DNA of 6,209 nucleotides from a virus (Duplodnaviria; Heunggongvirae; Uroviricota; Caudoviricetes): IMG/VR virus record IMGVR_UViG_2711768075_000007; one strand, 5' to 3'. Shown piece by piece: positions 1 to 6,209 of this stretch (position 1 is its first letter; each line of letters starts with the position of its first letter). The notes under the pieces were generated by a model. It saw only the letters and a program-made list of their open reading frames with translations, ran no database searches and was not told where the DNA came from. The position numbers and the translations under genes were made by a program.

Positions 1-261
1 AATGGTTTCAACCATGTACCGGATGTGTTCTGCCATGCGCTCCTGAAACTCAACATCGTCATCAAACGCACGGGTAATGGCTTTTTTGCTGGCCCCGTGG
101 CGTTGCAAATGACCGATGCATAGCGATTCAAACAGGTGCTGGGGCAGGCCTTTTTCCATGTCGTCTGCCAGTTCTGCCTCTTTCTCTTCACGGGCTATCT
201 GCTGGTAGTGACGCGCCCAGCTCTGAGCCTCAAGACGATCCTGAATGTAATAAGCGTTCAT
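1..261 (-). CDS. gam: Host-nuclease (RecBCD) inhibitor Gam, short form; partial, C-terminus lies beyond the window start
   Basis: Minus-strand ATG at 261..259 opens a frame that stays open to position 1 and reads [87 protein letters not shown], which matches lambda Gam from its internal Met as I remember it. The canonical N-terminal extension ([37 protein letters not shown] 382..380) is in a different frame. Confidence 0.85.
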   Translation of the reverse strand, partial: MNAYYIQDRLEAQSWARHYQQIAREEKEAELADDMEKGLPQHLFESLCIGHLQRHGASKKAITRAFDDDVEFQERMAEHIRYMVETI

Positions 262-371
262 GGCCGAACTCCTGAAAATGGCTGTGAAAATATCGCCCGC
301 GAAATGCCGGGCTGATTAGGAAAACAGGAAAGGGGGTTAGTGAATGCTTTTGCTTGATCTCAGTTTCAGTA

Positions 372-515
372 TTAATATCCATTTTTTGGGACTCCTGGCT
401 GATTAAGTATGTCGATAAGGCGTTTCCATCCGTCACGTAATTTACGGGTGATTCGTTCAAGTAAAGATTCGGAAGGGCAGCCAGCAACAGGCCACCCTGC
501 AATGGCATATTGCAT
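372..515 (-). CDS. cIII: cIII (FtsH inhibitor that stabilises CII); 47 aa with an altered C-terminus
   Basis: Minus-strand ATG at 515..513 preceded by AAGGAG. It translates to [47 protein letters not shown], matching lambda CIII through ...GVPKNG and then ending early. Too short to appear in the supplied ORF track. Confidence 0.8.
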   Translation of the reverse strand: MQYAIAGWPVAGCPSESLLERITRKLRDGWKRLIDILNQPGVPKNGY

Positions 516-587
516 GGTGTGCTCCTTATTTATACATAACGAAAAACGCCTCGAGTGAAGCGTAATTGGTATGCGGTAACGCCGCGC

Positions 588-956
588 TCAGGCGGCCTTG
601 ATAGTCATATCATCTGAATCAAATATTTCTGATGTATCGATATCGGTAATTCTTATTCCTTCACTACCATCCATTGGAGGCCATCCTTCCTGACCATTTC
701 CATCATTCCAGTCGAACTCACACACAACACCATATGCATTTAAGTCGCTTGAAATTGCTATAAGCAGAGCATGTTGCGCCAGCATGATTAATACAGCATT
801 TAATACAGAGCCGTGTTTTTTGAGTCGGTATTCAGAGTCTGACCAGAAATTATTAATCTGGTGAAGTTTTTCCTCTGTCATTACGTCATGGTCGATTTCA
901 ATTTCTATTGATGCTTTCCAGTCGTAATCAATGATGTATTTTTTGATGTTTGACAT
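588..956 (-). CDS. ea10: Ea10-like early protein (lambda ea10 homolog)
   Basis: 122-aa ORF (MSNIKKYIIDYDWKASIEIEIDHD...DDMTIKAA) with the same length and position relative to cIII as lambda ea10; GAGGA Shine-Dalgarno upstream of ATG 956..954. Confidence 0.75.
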   Translation of the reverse strand: MSNIKKYIIDYDWKASIEIEIDHDVMTEEKLHQINNFWSDSEYRLKKHGSVLNAVLIMLAQHALLIAISSDLNAYGVVCEFDWNDGNGQEGWPPMDGSEGIRITDIDTSEIFDSDDMTIKAA

Positions 957-971
957 CTGTTCATATCCTCA

Positions 972-1002
972 CAGATAAAAAATCGCCCTCATCTTGGAGG
1001 GC
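972..1002 (-). terminator. Intrinsic terminator on the leftward (PL) transcript, just upstream of ea10
   Basis: On the plus strand, GCCCTC (985..990) and GAGGGC (997..1002) form a 6-bp GC-rich stem with a 6-nt loop. On the minus-strand RNA the hairpin is followed by GAUUUUUUAUCUG (plus-strand A-run 971..984). Confidence 0.5.
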
Positions 1003-1064
1003 AAAGAAGATTTCCAATAATCAGAACAAGTCGGCTCCTGTTTAGTTACGAGCGACATTGCTCC

Positions 1065-1101
1065 GTGTATTCACTCGTTGGAATGAATACACAGCGCTGT
1101 G
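1065..1101. repeat. Adjacent dyad symmetries in the ea10 / 289-aa-gene intergenic region
   Basis: Inverted repeat gtgtattca (1065..1073) / tgaatacac (1084..1092) with a 10-bp spacer, directly followed by the perfect 12-bp palindrome cacagcgctgtg (1090..1101). Confidence 0.4.
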
Positions 1102-1144
1102 TTTATTCTGTTGTTTGCGTGAAAATGAAATCCGCCTGAGCGGG

Positions 1145-2014
1145 TTATGACCACTTTTTGTTTGGGTTTCGTTGGTGAGCGTGGTTTACAGGATTATTTG
1201 ATATACCCCATAACTCTGACTCGCTTATCTCTACACGAGAGAAAGACCTGCTTTCTTTCAGTTCTTTTATAAACCTAGAACCTAAGATGACATCTATTGT
1301 ACCAGAAAGTTCTTGTAAAAGATCTTTGTTTTTTCTGAGGAAGAAAATATCTTCTTTATATTTAATTTTTACATAGAATTTATTCTGTATTTTTAATATA
1401 TCAAAGCATGGCAGATATCTATATCCCTCATATTTTCGCCACTGCTTAACAATTATAACATCTTTTTCATTTACTGCATTAATCAGCCCAAGACCAAGTA
1501 CAGGTATGAATATTCTATTGTCTGCCGAAAGCGTACAATTATCACCACCAGGCAAATATGTATAAATCATGTCGGAATTTTTATACGCATCAACGAATGC
1601 ACGTAAGAAGCGTACATATTTTTGCCATCCGTTTATACCGAATTTACCATATAAGTATTCTTTATTTGTTAGAAGAAAACTATTTGTATCAGGATCCTTA
1701 TCTACAGACCTGTCGATAAGATCTCCAACTACGTTTACAAAGTCAAAGACAGAGTTTAATAAGAACAATTGTCTTTCAGTAGGGCGAATTTCAATTATGT
1801 AGCCAGGATGAAGACGATATTGCATCTGCTTACGAAGTATACCGAACGCTTGGGTCCGAGCATCTGAAAGCAACTTCTTGTCGCCATCGCCGTGAGCATT
1901 GTTTCTAATAAAACTGATATAATTTGCTAATTTTTCAGCCTCTTTTTTGTGTTTTTTTCGCTCTGATGCTGAGTCTATTGGTTTTGGTATGGACTTGTAA
2001 TCAATCTTCTTCAT
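1145..2014 (-). CDS. Hypothetical 289-aa protein, AT-rich accessory gene in the ral/sieB position immediately downstream of N; function unknown
   Basis: Long minus-strand ORF. Two candidate starts: ATG 2026..2024, overlapping the N stop as ATGA, and ATG 2014..2012, preceded by GAGGT about 5 nt upstream (preferred; product begins MKKIDYKSIPKPID...). Stop TAA at 1147..1145. No hydrophobic helices or signal peptide by eye. Codon usage and base composition are visibly more AT-rich than the flanking lambda-like genes. I recognise no similarity to lambda Ral or SieB or to any other protein. Confidence 0.75.
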   Translation of the reverse strand: MKKIDYKSIPKPIDSASERKKHKKEAEKLANYISFIRNNAHGDGDKKLLSDARTQAFGILRKQMQYRLHPGYIIEIRPTERQLFLLNSVFDFVNVVGDLIDRSVDKDPDTNSFLLTNKEYLYGKFGINGWQKYVRFLRAFVDAYKNSDMIYTYLPGGDNCTLSADNRIFIPVLGLGLINAVNEKDVIIVKQWRKYEGYRYLPCFDILKIQNKFYVKIKYKEDIFFLRKNKDLLQELSGTIDVILGSRFIKELKESRSFSRVEISESELWGISNNPVNHAHQRNPNKKWS

Positions 2015-2022
2015 TACGTACC

Positions 2023-2346
2023 TCATGCCAATGGAATGGATTCCCCTTTAACCTTTTGTCTTCCTTGACAAGTTATACCGAACTCACCTGGCTTGCTATA
2101 CCAAACTCGATGATTCTTGCGCTCAATACGTTGCAGGTTGCTTTCAATCTGTTCGTGGTATTCAGCCAGCACCGTAAGGTCTATCGGATTCAGTGCGCTT
2201 TCTACTCGTGATTTCGGTTTGCGATTCAGCGAGAGAATAGGGCGGTTAACTGGTTTAGCGCTTACCCCAACCAACAGGGGATTTGCTGCTTTCCATTGAG
2301 CCTGTTTCTCTGCGCGACGTTCGCGGCGGCGTGTTTGTGCATCCAT
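2023..2346 (-). CDS. N: Antitermination protein N (lambda type)
   Basis: Minus-strand ATG 2346..2344 with AGGAGA Shine-Dalgarno. 107-aa product MDAQTRRRERRAEKQAQWKAANPLLVGVSAKPVNRPILSLNRKPKSRVESALNPIDLTVLAEYH... carries the arginine-rich boxB-binding motif and matches lambda N. The ORF-track entry 2023..2478 is an in-frame upstream extension. Confidence 0.92.
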   Translation of the reverse strand: MDAQTRRRERRAEKQAQWKAANPLLVGVSAKPVNRPILSLNRKPKSRVESALNPIDLTVLAEYHEQIESNLQRIERKNHRVWYSKPGEFGITCQGRQKVKGESIPLA

Positions 2347-2503
2347 CTGGATTCTCCTGTCAGTTAGCTTTGGTTGTGTGTGGGAGTCGTAGTCCTGAAC
2401 GAAAACACCCCGCAATGGCACATTGGCAGCTAATCCGGATTCGCACTTCCGGCCAATGCTTCGTTTCGTATCACACACACCAAAGCCTTCTGCTTTGAAT
2501 GCT

Positions 2504-2534
2504 GCCCTTCTTCAGGGCTTAATTTTTAAGAGCC
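2504..2534 (-). promoter_or_regulatory. nutL: nutL (boxB plus boxA-like element) in the PL leader
   Basis: Minus-strand GCCCTGAAGAAGGGC at 2518..2504 is the lambda nutL boxB hairpin (GCCCT stem, GAAGA loop). GGCTCTTAA (2534..2526) lies just upstream on the transcript and resembles boxA (CGCTCTTA). Confidence 0.8.
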
Positions 2535-2574
2535 TCACCTTCAATGGTGGTCAGTGCGTCCTGCTGATGGCTTA

Positions 2575-2603
2575 AAATTACAAGGAAGATTGTATGTTGT
2601 AAA
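2575..2603 (-). promoter_or_regulatory. PL promoter (leftward early promoter)
   Basis: Minus-strand TTTACA (-35, plus 2598..2603), 17-bp spacer, TAATTT (-10, plus 2575..2580). It overlaps the OL operators and lies upstream of nutL and N. Confidence 0.55.
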
Positions 2604-2647
2604 CAAGAAACATTGTAAAAAGGGGCGTGAAAAACAAACTCCATTGT
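2580..2647. promoter_or_regulatory. OL operator cluster, three 14-bp 434-type operators (ACAA-N6-TTGT)
   Basis: acaaggaagattgt (2580..2593), acaagaaacattgt (2603..2616), acaaactccattgt (2634..2647). All fit the phage 434 repressor/Cro operator consensus ACAA N6 TTGT; the last, on the opposite strand, reads ACAATGGAGTTTGT. Confidence 0.8.
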
Positions 2648-2697
2648 TTTTAAACGGAAAATAGTTTGTTTTTTTGTTATCGAGATTGAGGTGGGGA

Positions 2698-4050
<1,353 letters not shown>

Positions 4051-4058
4051 GACATTCC

Positions 4059-4090
4059 CGCTCTTACACATCCCAGCCCTGAAAAAGGGC
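4059..4090 (+). promoter_or_regulatory. nutR: nutR (boxA CGCTCTTACACA plus boxB GCCCTGAAAAAGGGC)
   Basis: boxA cgctcttaca at 4059..4068 and boxB hairpin gccctgaaaaagggc at 4076..4090, immediately after the cro stop, as in lambda. Confidence 0.88.
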
Positions 4091-4103
4091 ATCAAAATAA
4101 ACC

Positions 4104-4140
4104 ACACCTATGGTGTATGCATTTATTTGCATACATTCAA
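4104..4140 (+). terminator. tR1 region (N-sensitive terminator between cro and cII)
   Basis: Two small hairpins, acacc-tat-ggtgt (4104..4116) and gtatgca-tttatt-tgcatac (4115..4134), followed by A/T-rich sequence, in the position of lambda tR1. Lambda tR1 is mainly Rho-dependent, so the structure alone is weak evidence. Confidence 0.55.
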
Positions 4141-4154
4141 TCAATTGTTATCTA

Positions 4155-4192
4155 AGGAAATACTTACATATGGTTCGTGCAAACAAACGCAA
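4155..4192 (-). promoter_or_regulatory. PRE promoter with CII binding site (TTGC-N6-TTGC)
   Basis: Minus-strand TTGCGTTTGTTTGC (plus 4179..4192) is the CII tetramer site flanking the -35; minus-strand AAGTAT (plus 4160..4165) is a candidate -10. Overlaps the start of cII and is oriented toward cro/cI, as in lambda. Confidence 0.7.
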
Positions 4193-4463
4193 CGAGGCTC
4201 TACGAATCGAGAGTGCGTTGCTTAACAAAATCGCAATGCTTGGAACTGAGAAGACAGCGGAAGCTGTGGGAGTTGATAAGTCGCAGATCAGCAGGTGGAA
4301 GAGGGATTGGATTCCAAAGTTCTCAATGCTGCTTGCTGTTCTTGAATGGGGTGTCGTCGACGACGACATGGCTCGATTGGCACGACAAGTTGCTTCGATT
4401 CTCACCAATAAAAAACGCCCGGCGGCAACCGAGCGTTCTGAACAAATCCAGATGGAATTCTGA
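4170..4463 (+). CDS. cII: Transcriptional activator CII
   Basis: ATG at 4170 preceded by AAGGAAA. 97-aa product MVRANKRNEALRIESALLNKIAMLGTEKTAEAVGVDKSQISRWKRDWIPKFSMLLAVLEWGVVDDDMARLARQVASILTNKKRPAATERSEQIQMEF is essentially lambda CII. The ORF-track start at 4110 is an upstream extension. Confidence 0.95.
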   Translation: MVRANKRNEALRIESALLNKIAMLGTEKTAEAVGVDKSQISRWKRDWIPKFSMLLAVLEWGVVDDDMARLARQVASILTNKKRPAATERSEQIQMEF

Positions 4464-4485
4464 GGTTATTACTGGAACTATCAAC
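4409..4485 (-). ncRNA. oop: oop antisense RNA (candidate), overlapping the cII 3' end
   Basis: Coordinates are transferred by position from lambda, where the 77-nt oop RNA is antisense to the cII/O junction. The minus strand has GC-rich dyad symmetry (GTTGCCGCCGGGCG) followed by TTTTTTAT at plus 4409..4440, consistent with the oop terminator. I did not identify the promoter. Confidence 0.45.
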
Positions 4486-4495
4486 AGGAGTCATT

Positions 4496-5395
4496 ATGAC
4501 AAATACAGCAAAAATACTCAACTTCGGCAGAGGTAACTTTGCCGGACAGGAGCGTAATGTGGCAGATCTCGATGATGGTTACGCCAGACTATCAAATATG
4601 CTGCTTGAGGCTTATTCAGGCGCAGATCTGACCAAGCGACAGTTTAAAGTGCTGCTTGCCATTCTGCGTAAAACCTATGGGTGGAATAAACCAATGGACA
4701 GAATCACCGATTCTCAACTTAGCGAGATTACAAAGTTACCTGTCAAACGGTGCAATGAAGCCAAGTTAGAACTCGTCAGAATGAATATTATCAAGCAGCA
4801 AGGCGGCATGTTTGGACCAAATAAAAACATCTCAGAATGGTGTATCCCTCAAAACGAGGGAAAATCCCCTAAAACGAGGGATAAAACATCCCTCAAATTG
4901 GGGGATTGCTATCCCTCAAAACAGGGGAACACAAAAGACACTAATACAAAAGAAAATAGAAAAGATTATTCGTCAGAGAATTCTGGCGAATCCTCTGACC
5001 AGCCAGAAAACGACCTTTCTGTGGTGAAACCTGATGCTGCAATTCAGAGCGGCAGCAAATGGGGGACAGCAGAAGACCTGACCGCCGCAGAGTGGATGTT
5101 TGACATGGTGAAGACTATCGCGCCATCAGCCAGAAAACCGAATTTTGCAGGGTGGGCTAACGATATCCGCCTGATGCGTGAACGTGACGGACGTAACCAC
5201 CGCGATATGTGTGTGCTGTTCCGCTGGGCCTGCCAGGACAACTTCTGGTCCGGTAATGTGCTGAGCCCGGCCAAACTCCGCGACAAGTGGACCCAGCTCG
5301 AAATCAACCGTAACAAGCAACAGGCAGTCGTGACAGCCAGCAAACCAAAACTCGACCTGACAAACACAGACTGGATTTACGGGGTGGATTTATGA
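4496..5395 (+). CDS. O: Replication initiator protein O
   Basis: 299-aa ORF MTNTAKILNFGRGNFAGQERNVADLDDGYARLSNMLLEAYSGADLTKRQFKVLLAILRKTYGWNKPMDRITDSQLSEITKLPVKRCNEAKLELVRMNIIKQQGGMFGPNKNISEWCIPQNEG... matching lambda O. CAGGAG Shine-Dalgarno. Contains the ori iterons internally. Confidence 0.95.
   Translation: MTNTAKILNFGRGNFAGQERNVADLDDGYARLSNMLLEAYSGADLTKRQFKVLLAILRKTYGWNKPMDRITDSQLSEITKLPVKRCNEAKLELVRMNIIKQQGGMFGPNKNISEWCIPQNEGKSPKTRDKTSLKLGDCYPSKQGNTKDTNTKENRKDYSSENSGESSDQPENDLSVVKPDAAIQSGSKWGTAEDLTAAEWMFDMVKTIAPSARKPNFAGWANDIRLMRERDGRNHRDMCVLFRWACQDNFWSGNVLSPAKLRDKWTQLEINRNKQQAVVTASKPKLDLTNTDWIYGVDL
4844..4970. repeat. ori-lambda: four O-binding iterons followed by an A/T-rich unwinding region
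   Basis: Four imperfect direct repeats of about 19 bp, each with internal dyad symmetry: atccctcaaaacgaggga (4844..4861), atcccctaaaacgagggat (4864..4882), catccctcaaattgggggat (4888..4906) and atccctcaaaacaggggaa (4911..4929). An A/T-rich stretch follows to about 4970. Confidence 0.88.
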
Positions 5396-6089
5396 AAAAC
5401 ATCGCCGCACAGATGGTTAACTTTGACCGTGAGCAGATGCGTCGGATCGCCAACAACATGCCGGAACAGTACGACGAAAAGCCTCAGGTACAGCAGGTAG
5501 CGCAGATCATCAACGGTGTGTTCAGCCAGTTACTGGCAACTTTCCCGGCGAGCCTGGCTAACCGTGACCAGAACGAACTGAACGAAATCCGCCGCCAGTG
5601 GGTTCTGGCTTTCCGGGAAAACGGGATCACCACAATGGAACAGGTTAACGCAGGAATGCGCGTAGCCCGTCGGCAGAATCGACCATTTCTGCCATCACCC
5701 GGGCAGTTTGTTGCATGGTGCCGGGAAGAAGCATCCGTTATCGCCGGACTGCCAAACGTCAGCGAGCTGGTTGATATGGTTTACGAGTATTGCCGGAAGC
5801 GAGGCCTGTATCCGGATGCGGAGTCTTATCCGTGGAAATCAAACGCGCACTACTGGCTGGTTACCAACCTGTATCAGAACATGCGGGCCAATGCGCTTAC
5901 TGATGCGGAATTACGGCGCAAGGCTGCCGATGAACTGTCCTGTATGACCGCACGAATTAACCGTGGTGAGGCTATACCTGAACCAGTAAAACAACTTCCT
6001 GTCATGGGCGGTAGACCTCTAAATCGTGCACAGGCTCTGGCGAAGATCGCAGAAATCAAAGCTAAGTTTGGGCTGAAAGGAGCAAGTGT

Positions 6090-6093
<4 letters not shown>
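5392..6093 (+). CDS. P: Replication protein P (DnaB helicase loader)
   Basis: 233-aa ORF MKNIAAQMVNFDREQMRRIANNMPEQYDEKPQVQQVAQIINGVFSQLLATFPASLANRDQNELNEIRRQWVLAFRENGITTMEQVNAGMRVARRQNRPFLPSPGQFVAWCREEASVIAGLPNV... matching lambda P. Its start overlaps the O stop as ATGA (5392..5395). Confidence 0.95.

Positions 6094-6209
<116 letters not shown>

Noticed and set aside
230-508. 92-aa minus-strand ORF taken as a single gene
   Set aside because: It is a composite. Its first 42 codons are an out-of-frame read-through of the cIII region, and only the part from the internal Met (382..380) corresponds to the Gam N-terminal extension, which then runs out of frame. I do not treat it as an independent protein.
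1132-1143. Small hairpin ccgc-ctga-gcgg next to the stop of the 289-aa gene, as a terminator
   Set aside because: Only a 4-bp stem, and the downstream U-tract on the minus-strand RNA is interrupted. Too weak to call; the stronger terminator-like structure is at 972..1002.
1569-2498. Plus-strand ORFs 1569..1802, 1924..2211, 2117..2299 and 2283..2498
   Set aside because: All are antisense shadow ORFs inside the 289-aa gene, N or the PL leader. They have no ribosome-binding sites and no recognisable products.
4110-4463. 117-aa version of cII starting at 4110
   Set aside because: The upstream extension covers the tR1 region. The canonical CII start is ATG 4170, with its ribosome-binding site.
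4844-4929. Possible CRISPR-like repeat array
   Set aside because: The repeats are the four ori-lambda iterons inside O: about 19 bp each, imperfect, essentially adjacent with no unique spacers, and protein-coding. They are not a CRISPR array.
4812-5947. ORFs 4812..5027 (+), 5044..5367 (-), 5126..5320 (-) and 5708..5947 (+)
   Set aside because: Out-of-frame or antisense ORFs inside the well-supported O and P genes; Arg/Ser-rich shadow translations.

Overview
This window is the early-left, immunity and replication region of a lambda-like (lambdoid) phage or prophage carrying a phage-434-type immunity module. Read left to right it contains: gam (partial, minus) - cIII (minus) - ea10 (minus) - a terminator - an AT-rich 289-aa ORF of unknown function (minus) - N (minus) - nutL - PL/OL with three 434-type operators - a 134-aa predicted secreted protein (minus) - cI of 434 type (minus) - OR1-3 with PR/PRM - cro of 434 type (plus) - nutR - tR1 - cII - oop - O with the ori iterons - P - a short ren-like ORF that diverges after 15 codons. 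Gene identities were assigned by reading the translated ORFs against remembered lambda and 434 protein sequences; no database search was run. The two candidates for something undescribed are the 289-aa gene sitting where lambda carries ral/sieB and the secreted 134-aa gene sitting where lambda carries rexA/rexB. Neither resembles any protein I can recognise, and any defence, anti-defence or exclusion role is inferred from position only. Smaller anomalies are an apparent loss of kil, a frame break in the gam N-terminal extension, and the ren truncation.
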